Source: Reclinomonas americana ATCC 50394 (Eukaryota). Taken from it: a stretch of DNA of 64,000 nt. Position 1 is the first letter of the stretch; each line of letters begins with the position of its first letter. Location: assembly GCA_048213135.1 (NCBI GenBank), contig PS015106.1, positions 27,192 through 91,191 on the forward strand, read 5' to 3'. Below the pieces are notes generated by a model. That model was given only the letters and a program-made list of their open reading frames with translations, did no database searches and had not been told where the DNA came from. Positions 1 through 13,283 of the stretch are shown here, piece after piece. Position numbers and translations under genes: made by a program.

Positions 1-886
1 CGTACACGCACTGACGCTGTCGTCGTGTGCACAGTCCTCGCAACACGACATTCGCAAGACGCTGCATGCGGTGCTGAACAGCCGAGAAAAGCTGCAGCGG
101 CGTCTGCATGATTTGCTGCACAAGCATGAACAGTTGCGCGCCTCTTGCCGAGCGCACATGCGTGCGTGTGTGCATCTTCTGATATGCCATTTGCTGGCAG
201 CTCGCGACTCGACTGCGAGGAATTGTCGACACGGGTGAAGGAGTTGTCGTTGGAGCTGAGCCGCGAGCGATCTCTGCGGGACTCCATGTCTCTCGGTGCG
301 TTGTGAAAAAGAAGTCGCCTGTGCTCGACAACTGCCGATGATTGATTTACTCCATGCAGATCTGGAGCGATATCGCCTGCAGTTCGAGCTCCTGTCGAGT
401 GACCAGGACAGCAAGACGCACGAAAAGTCGCAGCTGCGACAGGAACTCGACGCAGTGAAGGTGAGAGCACCTTTGCTGTGCTCTGCACTGGTCTGGCACT
501 CAAGCATAGTGGCGCATCATAGGAACACGACAATCGACTGCGACGACAGGTGAAATTGCTGGAGACTGAGAAGGGAGTGTTGCAGCAGCAGCTGGAGAAG
601 GTGCAATCGTCGCTCGAGCAGTGCGTCAGCGAGGGCCGTGCGCTGCACGTCGGGAAGACGAAACTGGCCAGTGATTTGGAAGTGCAAAAGGCGGTGAGTG
701 ATGCGCAACAACTCGCTCGTCTCGTCTGTGTGGCCTCACTCACTCACTCCCGCGTTGCAGCTGCTGACGGCTGTCACCAACGACAAGAACAAGTTGGAGG
801 TGCGCATCGTCAACGAGTCGGACGCGGCGCAGCGGAGGATCCGCGAGCTGTCGGATGAACGTGATTTGCTCGGCCGCCGTGTGCAC
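1..886 (+). CDS. Partial multi-exon coiled-coil protein (5' end outside window, 3' end runs into gap)
   Basis: In-frame exons joined by GT-AG introns (e.g. 133-200, 295-359) give heptad-like E/L/Q/K-rich sequence (EELSTRVKELSLELSRERSLRDS; DLERYRLQFELL; KLLETEKGVLQQQLEK). Confidence 0.7.
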
Positions 887-1304
887 NNNNNNNNNNNNNN
901 NNNNNNNNNNNNNNNNNNNNNNNNNNNNNNNNNNNNNNNNNNNNNNNNNNNNNNNNNNNNNNNNNNNNNNNNNNNNNNNNNNNNNNNNNNNNNNNNNNNN
1001 NNNNNNNNNNNNNNNNNNNNNNNNNNNNNNNNNNNNNNNNNNNNNNNNNNNNNNNNNNNNNNNNNNNNNNNNNNNNNNNNNNNNNNNNNNNNNNNNNNNN
1101 NNNNNNNNNNNNNNNNNNNNNNNNNNNNNNNNNNNNNNNNNNNNNNNNNNNNNNNNNNNNNNNNNNNNNNNNNNNNNNNNNNNNNNNNNNNNNNNNNNNN
1201 NNNNNNNNNNNNNNNNNNNNNNNNNNNNNNNNNNNNNNNNNNNNNNNNNNNNNNNNNNNNNNNNNNNNNNNNNNNNNNNNNNNNNNNNNNNNNNNNNNNN
1301 NNNN

Positions 1305-2174
1305 TGAACGAGAACGAGGGATTACTCTCTTGCTGCACACGAACATCGTCCTTGTGGAGACCGGCGGCCGCCATGAGCGCCGCCACTGCGTTGCTGCCCG
1401 GTGACCCGTCCGGCGTCACCGAGCGACTGCTGAACGCACTGCCGGCCAGCGACGACGCCGCCGTAAAGGTGCCAGCAGTCACCGCCGAGTTCACCTCCTC
1501 CAGTCGCGCTCGAATGCTCGTCAGCTCCTGCTCCATGTCGGCATTGTGCTGCTGAAACAAGAGGTTCTGCTCGCTCAAATCCGCCACTTGTCGCTCCTTG
1601 TCCGCGCACGCCTCGATGAATCGCACAAACGAGTACCACGTCGACAGCGACGATGCACTCAGTCGTTCCTGCGCGAGTGTGTGGGGGTGTTGAGAGTCAT
1701 TCTCGGCGACCTGTAAGTGAGTGAGAGTGACCTTGATTTCAGAGGGCAGATCGGCCGAGAGTGCATGCGGATAGGCGCCCTGTGTGACCGCCTGCTCACT
1801 GACACTCCCAATGGCATCGATCAGGGCTTGCAGTGGCTGCGTACACACAGAGAGGGTGAGCGAGCGCGTGAGTGTGAGCGAGCACACTGGTGAGCGGGCC
1901 CACCTGCAAGTGCTGCTCAATGTCGGTCTTGTGTCGCGCCTCAGCGAGCTCCAACTGTGTCTGGAGCATGCGCGTCGACTTTTCGAACTCCAGGTTGTCA
2001 CTGTGTGTGCGTGTGCGTGTGTAAGTGGAGAGAGGGCGAGAGAGGCGGGATCTTGTATCTCTCTCACACACACGCGCGTTCTCTTTTGTCTCTTTTGTGA
2101 CACACTCACTGTTCAAGTGCGCTGATCAGGCGATCCTTTTCTGCCAGCACACGTTGAACATCGCTGGTCTCCAT
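1305..2174 (-). CDS. Unknown coiled-coil protein, spliced, 3' end in gap
   Basis: ATG at 2174 (METSDVQRVLAEKDRLISALE) followed by a GTGAGT donor. Later exons read NLEFEKSTRMLQTQLELAEARHK and KERQVADLSEQNLLFQQHNADMEQELTSIRARLEE. Confidence 0.6.
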
Positions 2175-2264
2175 CGTAACGATGGACGATCGACCTTGTG
2201 AGAGGACGGGACATTTTTTAATGCCCTTTTCTTCTCTTCCCTCACTTCTGCTCCCACTCTCTCT

Positions 2265-5376
<3,112 letters not shown>

Positions 5377-5755
5377 GGTGACAGTGAGGAAAGAAACGGC
5401 GAGGGAAGAGAGAGCCGCGCAGGACAGTTCTTCGGAAGGCGACTTCATGCAGATGTCGTGATGGCAAGCACAAGCAGGTGCGTAAAGGCAGCTGCTAAGT
5501 GTTCCCACCTGCACTTCTGCAAGCGATCTGCATCGAAGATGCGAGAGACCACCTGCTGCTGTCGATGGATTCATTGGCGATGTTCCTTGGATATCGATGA
5601 TCATGATGGCTTGCAGCTCGGTTGCCTTTCTTTACACTTCCTTCCTTCCTTCCTTTTTTTAAAAAAATAATAATAATTATAGTAGTAGTATACGTAGTAG
5701 TATAGTCCAAGGTAGAGTGACCTGACCATCATGATATCATCAGCACCATTCATTA

Positions 5756-8390
5756 CACAGCCAGGACCATAGTGAGCCGTCCGGCACCGTATTTGCTGGG
5801 CTTTCCTTCCACTTCACCGTCCGGTGCCGTATGAGTTGGGGAAGACGGTTTACCGTTGGACCTTCGTCCATGCGGTGTCGGTACGGTGAAGGGCAAAGCT
5901 CGAAGAGAGCCGGCGCTGGACAGTTCGGCTGTCGCCAGCGATTCCGATGCCGTCCGGCCACTCACCGCCACCTGAGTCTCCGTACGGCACCGTGACCATT
6001 GTTCTGCGCCGCCGGACGGTGCCGTCCGGCTACTCACCACTCCCACGAGTCTCCGAACGGCACCGTCTCCAACATCGTGAATCACCGAACGGTGTCGCGA
6101 GAATGCATGGCATCCTCACGCATTGATCACGCATCACGTGCACCACTCGAGCCCAGCCATGCACGTGAGCATTGCGAGACCACGACCATTGTCGCTTCGT
6201 GATCACTCGCCAGCGCAGCGGCCAGCGGGCAGCGTGCCATCTTCTGCATGTGCGCTGCAATGGTGTGGTGCTTGTGTTGATGCATCTCTCGCGCAACAGT
6301 CGAATCCACTGTCGATATGGACGAGCGGTTGGCATGCTCTTTGCCACAGTGTCGTGGATGGCTGCTGCAGCAGTGCAGCACTGCCACTGTTTCTTTGTGA
6401 GTGAGCATTCTGCCATTCCACTGTGATCAACCAACGACTTGTCTCTCTTGTTCGCTTGCATGTGCGCGCAGAAGTCGCTCTCCGTGTGTCAAGCACAGAG
6501 TTGTGCTGTCCGTCTCGATCATGTTCACTACTCACGCTGCTTGAGCCTCTGCCGTCTTGGCGTGGTAAGAGAGTGTTTTTTGTTGTTTGAGCATTTTTCC
6601 GCTGTGCTTCCTTGCTCACCCTTGTTCATGCCTGCGTATCCTTGCGTCGAGACAGGCTTCTCCAGCACACACTCAGTGATGCATGTGAGAGTGGCCCACT
6701 NNNNNNNNNNNNNNNNNNNNNNNNNNNNNNNNNNNNNNNNNNNNNNNNNNNNNNNNNNNNNNNNNNNNNNNNNNNNNNNNNNNNNNNNNNNNNNNNNNNN
6801 NNNNNNNNNNNNNNNNNNNNNNNNNNNNNNNNNNNNNNNNNNNNNNNNNNNNNNNNNNNNNNNNNNNNNNNNNNNNNNNNNNNNNNNNNNNNNNNNNCTG
6901 CACCTTGGCACTCTGCACCCTTGGTGCGTGCCTTGCTACCTGCGAGCTCGTGGTAACGCACATCATGCATGATCTCTTTGAGGTTTGGCTGTTGTGGTGT
7001 CCTCGCACACACTTCTCATCGCATGTGAGCACTCGTAACCACTTGCGCCATCTGTTCTCTCTCTCGTCGAGCAGCTTTGGCACCAGTGCTGCAATGCTCG
7101 TCATGCAGCGATCGGTGTGACTGAGCCTGTTTCCAGGAGCCCTCATTGGACCTGGCCCGTCACCTTCTCCGCAGCGTCGTCTTCATTGTTACGTGTTGAC
7201 ACCGTTGCAGTGCCACTCGTGTCGTCGGTATCCATGAGTAGTGCGTGCTCCCGGCGACTGTGATGTGCGCCGTGGTGTGCTGTTTTGTGGCAGACATGTC
7301 TCCTGGTGCTTTCTCCGTTCTCGACGAGGTGAGCAAAAATCTGTGCAAGTGCCATGTGCTGCATGATCACGGTTGGTTGACACTGAATCGCAGTGGCTTC
7401 TTGCTCAACCGAGCAACAGCATTGACGATGGTGCATTCGAAGGAACCAAGTGGCACAGATAGTACATTCGGTTTGATGGTGAGTCTCACTCTCTTCAGCC
7501 CTCCTGCTGACTTGATGCACTGGCGCATTGCGAGACACTGCGCACTATACGAACTGCACGTTCTAATACAATGTTCGCCGTGCAGATACTCGCTCATCTT
7601 CGTGGAGGCTCAGTGGAGTTCGTTTACGGCAATGTGTTTCAAGACTTGACTGCATCTCTGCCGGATGACGGGTGCTTGCGTCCCCGCTTGACGGTGGATC
7701 GGTTGTTTACGACCGTGCCCAGACTTGCTTGTGGAACGCTTGTGACGCTGGATGGCTCTTTGCATGTGCACCTTCCGAGCTGTTACAAGGAGGAGGTCGA
7801 TCTCGTCTGGTGACGGTGATGCGGAGGTGCTGGATCCTTCTGGGGTGGAGCTGGATTGTGTTTGCTTTTCGTGTGCCACCGATTACTGGGTGATGGATGC
7901 TTCTCGTGATTGGTGGCGCTTCCTGGGTCAACACTGTGTGGAGGACTTCACGAGTTTCCGACTCTGGCGTTTTTCTTTGTTTTTTCTCTCGTAGAGCATT
8001 TTGTATGAGCATGAGTGAATCCGTTGCCTGTTGTAGATGGTGGGTAGTGGGGCGAGGGAGTGCATGCAAAGCGGAGCGGGGGGCGGGGGGCGGGGGCGGG
8101 GCAGCCCCGGCTAAAAATGGGCACCGTCCCGGCACCGGACGACGCCGGATGAGCTTCATTCAGCAGAACTGGTGAGTTTTTTTCTCCTTATTTGTCGATT
8201 GCCGGAAGTATTAGGGACGGTCTAAGTGACAGAACGGTGCCGTTCGGCGTCGGGACGGTACCGTGGACGGTACCGTATTCATTCGTTGCATGTAAGGGTT
8301 CACTAAGGGAGGATTTTCACCGGACGGTGCCGGACGGCACCGTTGCCGAATTGATACGGTGCCGTACGACACGGGACAGTCCTGGCTGTG
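5756..8390. mobile_element. TIR DNA transposon, probably CMC/EnSpm (CACTA-like), possibly internally deleted
   Basis: 12-bp TIR CACAGCCAGGAC...GTCCTGGCTGTG. TA duplicated at 5754-5755 and 8391-8392. Empty site (cattaggttt) is seen at ~10456-10465. Many subterminal ACGG(T/C)(G/A)CCGT motifs lie at both ends. Confidence 0.9.
6898..6982 (+). pseudogene. Possible EnSpm-type transposase fragment
   Basis: Reads ...LVVTHIMHDLFE, resembling the D.MHDL.EG motif of EnSpm-like transposases. No complete ORF is reconstructable, and it adjoins a gap. Confidence 0.35.
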
Positions 8391-8521
8391 TAGGTTTACT
8401 TTTCTACTGCGCATGCAGATAGTCTTCCTGCGCTGCGATCGTACGCGTCGAGCGATTCCTGTAGCGGCATCCATCGTCGCTGATCAATCATGAATCCATG
8501 GCGCCCACCACCGATCCATCA

Positions 8522-8955
8522 TCAATCATCGATGAAACCATCGACAGCGCTAGCAGCAGGTGGTGTCCCACAAGCTCTGTGCACATGATTCGCGGCATGC
8601 ACGGTGTTGACGTCGGCATGCGCAATGGCACTGCGAATGACGGCGAGCAAGTTGTCCTCAGAAATGCCGTGATACCACTCTTGTGTATCGGCAAGCTGAT
8701 ATCCTTTTTTTCGAAGAATGGCATGAGCACGATATTCCGCATCCAGTCGACGTTCTGCTGACACCTGATGTCGCACAACAATGTCTGGATTGCCAGTCCT
8801 CAGTTGCATGTGACGCCTCTCCACGTCGTCACTGCTGCCGACTTTGAATCGGCGTCCGTCTCGGCAGTTCGGACGGGGATGAACGTGTGTGTCGGTCATG
8901 ATGTACACGAAACCTGGGCCGTTGCGGGTATTTCCCAGTCTCTGTGCATCACATT
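8522..8955 (-). CDS. GIY-YIG superfamily nuclease, T5orf172/MUG113-like domain
   Basis: GFVYIM...FKVGSSDDVERRHMQLRTGNP...AEYRAHAILR...TQEWY follows the T5orf172 pattern (VY, KVG.S, R..QL.TGNP, E..AH, EWF/Y). There is no upstream ATG in frame, so it may be spliced to the neighbouring ORF. Confidence 0.75.
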
Positions 8956-9050
8956 CTCAGCAGCATGTCAAAGTGCTCTTGCAGCCCTAAGGAATCGGGG
9001 TTCTAACAGTAAAAGCCTCAAGAATACGATGCAGGACGCGGCTCAACCAC

Positions 9051-10187
9051 TCAACTGGTACTTGAGGTATCTGATTGCAAGGTGTCAGAACACAGCCTAG
9101 ATCCGGAGAGGAGCTCGAGCATACACAGAGAACAAAAATCAAGCATCGGATTCACCTCGCGATCGGCTGCCCACTCGGCCGGCGCCATCGCCATTGGAGC
9201 CTGCGGTCGCACAGGCGCAACCACTGCCGACTCTTCCTCGTGCACGGCAACAGTCTGCTCCACGGCGCCGGCTGCGCCTGCCACTAGTACTGCAACTGCT
9301 TGCAATTGCCCGGCCATCGCCACCATGGCCACAGCCGGCGCCTGCTCGTGATCGGCCTCTTCTCCGGCAACAATTGCAACCTGCACATGCTCCACGGCTG
9401 CATCGAATTCTTGCCTGGGCGCCGGCATGGGCAACGGCGCTGCCGCCGCGAGCTCGGCCTCATGATCAAGATCGATATCGATATCGTGCCTGTTCACTTG
9501 CGCTTGATCCGAAACCACAGCTGCCTGCGCATGCACATCCTCCGGATCTTCTCCTTGGCCGGCCACCACCATCGGCGGCGCAACATCGTCAGCAGCCAAG
9601 TGCAACGCAGCAACATGGGTGCTAATGTCGTACGGAGCAACCACTTGCGGCGGATCCTCCGGCGCTTGCGCGGGCAGTTCACCCTCAGCGACGTCGACTT
9701 CGAGTAGTTCGCGTTCCAGTTGCAATTGTGCAAATAATGTTTCGATGGCCTCCTGTGCTTCCGGATCCAAATCCATGACCGGTACCTGCAGATCCGCGAG
9801 CGCCTGTTGACCCCTAGCGGCAATTGCAGCCAATCGCGAAGCCGTACGTTCTTGTATCTCTCGCAAGTGCCGTGCGAGCAAGCATGAGTGCAGTAGCAGC
9901 CTCATTCTGACGCCTGTTCGGGGGCGCTCATTGACTAAACTCAACCACTCACTGAGGTGGCCCTGCGTGTCACCGGCGAACTCGGCGAGCTCTCGCTGAG
10001 TGTGCCCTACTTGCCAAAGCCAGTGAACCAGACGCCGACAGCTATCCATTGTTATTATTGGATGCGGCAACTCGAGTCCTATCTCAGCAGCACCACGAGC
10101 AATGTCTTCTTCAAGACGCTGTCGTCGAGGGTCAGTCATGGTCAACCTGCGGCGGCTGACCGACGAGAGCTCCGAGATCTCCGGCAC
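9051..10187 (-). CDS. Unknown protein with N-terminal XRE-like helix-turn-helix and Ala/Val/Glu-rich tail
   Basis: Long open frame. GHTQRELAEFAGDTQGHLSEWL resembles an HTH_XRE. Probable GTGAAT donor near 9155. Confidence 0.55.
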   Translation of the reverse strand: MPEISELSSVSRRRLTMTDPRRQRLEEDIARGAAEIGLELPHPIITMDSCRRLVHWLWQVGHTQRELAEFAGDTQGHLSEWLSLVNERPRTGVRMRLLLHSCLLARHLREIQERTASRLAAIAARGQQALADLQVPVMDLDPEAQEAIETLFAQLQLERELLEVDVAEGELPAQAPEDPPQVVAPYDISTHVAALHLAADDVAPPMVVAGQGEDPEDVHAQAAVVSDQAQVNRHDIDIDLDHEAELAAAAPLPMPAPRQEFDAAVEHVQVAIVAGEEADHEQAPAVAMVAMAGQLQAVAVLVAGAAGAVEQTVAVHEEESAVVAPVRPQAPMAMAPAEWAADREVNPMLDFCSLCMLELLSGSRLCSDTLQSDTSSTS

Positions 10188-10270
10188 TCCGATGAACAGG
10201 ACACGCCGCTGCGGGACGTTATCGACGTGAAACAGATATGACAGTGCGCTGATCAGCTTTGTCCAACGGG

Positions 10271-10620
10271 CCTGCTGTCGATGGATTCATTGGCGATGTT
10301 CCTTGGATGATCATGATGGCTTGCAGCTCGGTTGCCTTTCTTTACACTTCCTTCCTTCCTTCCTTTTTTTAAAAAAATAATAATAATTATAGTAGTAGTA
10401 TACGTAGTAGTATAGTCCAAGGTAGAGTGACCATCATGATATCATCAGCACCATTCATTAGGTTTACTTTTCTACTGCAGATAGTCTTCCTGCGCTGCGA
10501 TCGTCGAGCGATTCCTGTAGCGGCATCCATCGTCGCTGATCAATCATGAATCCATGGCGCCCACCACCGATCCATCATCAATCATCGATGAAACCATCGA
10601 CAGCAGCAGGTGGTCCCACA
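10271..10620. mobile_element. Copy 2 (uninterrupted) of ~350 bp MITE-like repeat
   Basis: Direct repeat of 5552-5755 + 8393-8572. The right TIR is intact and the left TIR is truncated. Confidence 0.8.
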
Positions 10621-10837
10621 GAAGAGCGGATTTATCATGCCAGTTACGCCCGTTTCCTCGCCAACTTCATACGTATTCCGATGTTCGCACCTGCCTGTAC
10701 GCTCACTTCTTCTGCCGCTTGCCCATCTGCACCTTTGCAAGCAATCTGCATTGAGCATTGTGTCTGATGCACTTGCATGCATGAACATCGATCGAGAGTT
10801 ACGCCCACTTCATTTTCCGCTATGCTGCCCTTCACGC

Positions 10838-11800
10838 TTACTTCTTCTGCCGCTTGGTCTCCGGCGCCCCTTCCTCCTCCTCATCACCCGCTCGCTTACG
10901 CGATGCACTGCCCTCCTCGCCACCCTCTGCCTCCTCGCCCTCGCTGCCATCATCATCATCATCATCACCAGCAGCTGCATCGCCATACTCCTCATCGTCC
11001 TCATCGTCNNNNNNNNNNNNNNNNNNNNNNNNNNNNNNNNNNNNNNNNNNNNNNNNNNNNNNNNNNNNNNNNNNNNNNNNNNNNNNNNNNNNNNNNNNNN
11101 NNNNNNNNNNNNNNNNNNNNNNNNNNNNNNNNNNNNNNNNNNNNNNNNNNNNNNNNNNNNNNNNNNNNNNNNNNNNNNNNNNNNNNNNNNNNNNNNNNNN
11201 NNNNNNNNNNNNNNNNNNNNNNNNNNNNNNNNNNNNNNNNNNNNNNNNNNNNNNNNNNNNNNNNNNNNNNNNNNNNNNNNNNNNNNNNNNNNNNNNNNNN
11301 NNNNNNNNNNNNNNNNNNNNNNNNNNNNNNNNNNNNNNNNNNNNNNNNNNNNNNNNNNNNNNNNNNNNNNNNNNNNNNNNNNNNNNNNNNNNNNNNNNNN
11401 NNNNNNNNNNNNNNNNNNNNNNNNNNNNNNNNNNNNNNNNNNNNNNNNCTTACCAGTGGGGCCAGGGCGTCGACACTGCGGAACTTGTTTGCGGCGAGTG
11501 AGAGGGCGACGAGCTTTGGCAGTGCTGCAGAGGCCAAGTGCTCCAGTCCATCTTTCAGGTAGTTGTCGTCGAGAGACAGCTGCATGTGGAAGGCGTTGTG
11601 TGTGTGTGTGAGAGAGAGCGAGTGTGTGTGTGTGTGTGTGTGTTTGTGCGCAACTCGGACGAGTTCCGGAAGTGATGGGAAGCCCTCGAGTGACTTGAGT
11701 TTGCACACGTTCAACTCGAGCACTTGCAGCTTGTTGGCCAGCTCCTCGCCCAAGTCAGCCACCGCAGGCACGCGTGGCAACTGAGTGCAAGAGTGAGATA

Positions 11801-11846
<46 letters not shown>

Positions 11847-11943
11847 TTGTGTGCACCTTCTTGTCGAGGATGCACAAGGCGGTGCCGGTGTCGTCGGAGT
11901 ACATGGCGAGTGCCTCGCGAACAACATCGCTCAAGTCGCCCAT
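10838..11943 (-). CDS. ANP32: ANP32/LANP-like acidic leucine-rich repeat protein
   Basis: LRRs (LQVLELNVCKLKSLEGFPSLPELVRLSLDDNYLKDGLEHL...LPKLVALSLAANKFRSVDALAPL), then an acidic tail ending in a bipartite NLS-like RKR...KRQKK*. There is a gap in the middle. Confidence 0.85.
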
Positions 11944-12051
11944 GGTGAGTGTGGTGTGTGAGGGAAGGGAAAGGGGGGGACAGTGTGCGCCATGTGCGTG
12001 ACTCACTCTTTCACTCACACGCACGCACGCACACACGAGGAAGAGCGCAAC

Positions 12052-13179
12052 ATGGACGGCCCTCAGTTGACAGCGGTGTGTGTGTGTGTGTGACTCTTGC
12101 TCTCTCTTACAATGCATGTGGTCTTCTCAGTCACTGATTGTTCTCTAGCTCACTCTCTCTTCTCTTCTCCTCACTCTCTCTGCACCCATGTGTGTATGCA
12201 GTCTCATCCTCCTTCTCTTCCTCTTCCTCACTCTTCCTTTGTTCTTCTTCATCTTCTCTGTCTCTTATTGCTCTCCTTCATTCTCTTCTTCTTCTTTTCC
12301 TTCCCGTTGTTCTTTTTCTTGTTCTTCTTCTCCTTCTTCTTGTTCTTGTTCTTGTTCTTGTTCTTGTTCTTCTTCTTCTTCTTCTTCTTCTTCTTCTTCT
12401 TCTTCTTCTTCTTCTTCTTCTTCTTCTCCTTCTTTTGTTCTTCTTCTTCCTCCTCCTCTTCCTCCTCCTTGTTGTGCATGTTCTTCCTCTCCTTGTTCAT
12501 CTTCTTGTTCTTCTTCTTGTTCTTCTTCTTGTTCTTGTTCTTCTTGTTCTTGTTCTTCTTGCTCTCCTGCTTCTTCTTCTTCTTCTTCTTTCACTTCTTC
12601 TTCTTCCTCTTCTTCCGTGCCTTCTTCTTCCTCTTGTTCTCCTCCTCCTCCTCCTCCTCCTCGTTCTTCTTCATCTTCCTACATGTTCTTCTTCACCATC
12701 TTCTTCTCCTCCTTCCGTTCTTCGTCTTCTTCCTCTCCTTCTTCGTGTTCTCTCTCATCCTGCTCCTCTCCTCCTCCTCCTCCTCCTCCTCCTCCTCTAT
12801 CTCCTTCTCCTTCTCCTTGTTCATCCTGTTCCTCTTCCTCCTCCTTGTCCCTCCCTCTCTCTTCTCACCCCCTTCCCTCATTCAGGGAGAAGAGCAACTC
12901 CTCAACCAAGAGTACATGGCCATCGTGCTGCAACGGTGGAGCGAGGTGACCGAGCGATGCTTCAACGCGTGTGTGAATGATTTCCGGCAGCGGGATATGT
13001 CGTCGGGAGAGGAGGATTGCGTGCGACGATGCGTCTCCAAGCATCAAAAGTTCTTCTCGCGTGCCGAGGATCGGTGGACGCGCATCTCCACCGATGAGCA
13101 GATGCAGTTGCAGCAGCAGGGTGGATTCTTTAATCAGCAGCAGCAGCAGCAGCAGCCACCGCAGGCGCCGCCTTCGTGA
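12052..13179 (+). CDS. TIM9: Small Tim chaperone, Tim9-like (exons 12052-12075, 12886-13179)
   Basis: Twin CX3C motif: ERCFNACVNDF...EEDCVRRCVSK. Poly-Q C-terminus. Confidence 0.85.
12200..12880. repeat. Compound (TTC/TTG/TCC)n microsatellite filling the TIM9 intron
   Basis: Directly visible pyrimidine-rich tract of about 700 bp. Confidence 0.9.
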
Positions 13180-13283
13180 GTGCGTCGCTGCGACTTGAGA
13201 GGAGTGCGCTGGCTGTAGTGCGCCTCCGGTCCCCATTCCCTTGTAGAGAAAGAAAGAGAGAGCGAGAGACATGGATGTTGTTA

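Larger units (their letters stand above)
5547..8572. mobile_element. Copy 1 of ~350 bp MITE-like repeat (5547-5755 + 8391-8572), interrupted by a DNA transposon
   Basis: Matches 10271-10620 apart from micro-insertions. Left end GACCACCTGCTGCTGTCGATGGATTCAT is the reverse complement (27/28) of the right end of copy 2. Confidence 0.8.

Noticed and set aside
10430-10455. CTGATGA on the minus strand of the direct repeat as a hammerhead ribozyme / Penelope pseudo-LTR
   Set aside because: There is no properly spaced stem II and GAAA core, and no reverse transcriptase nearby.
5547-10620. LTR retrotransposon interpretation of the direct repeats
   Set aside because: No TG at the 5' ends, no gag/RT/integrase or PBS seen, and the unit has its own inverted termini.
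12097-12980. Long poly-F/L/S/E/K ORFs
   Set aside because: They are translations of an intronic triplet microsatellite.
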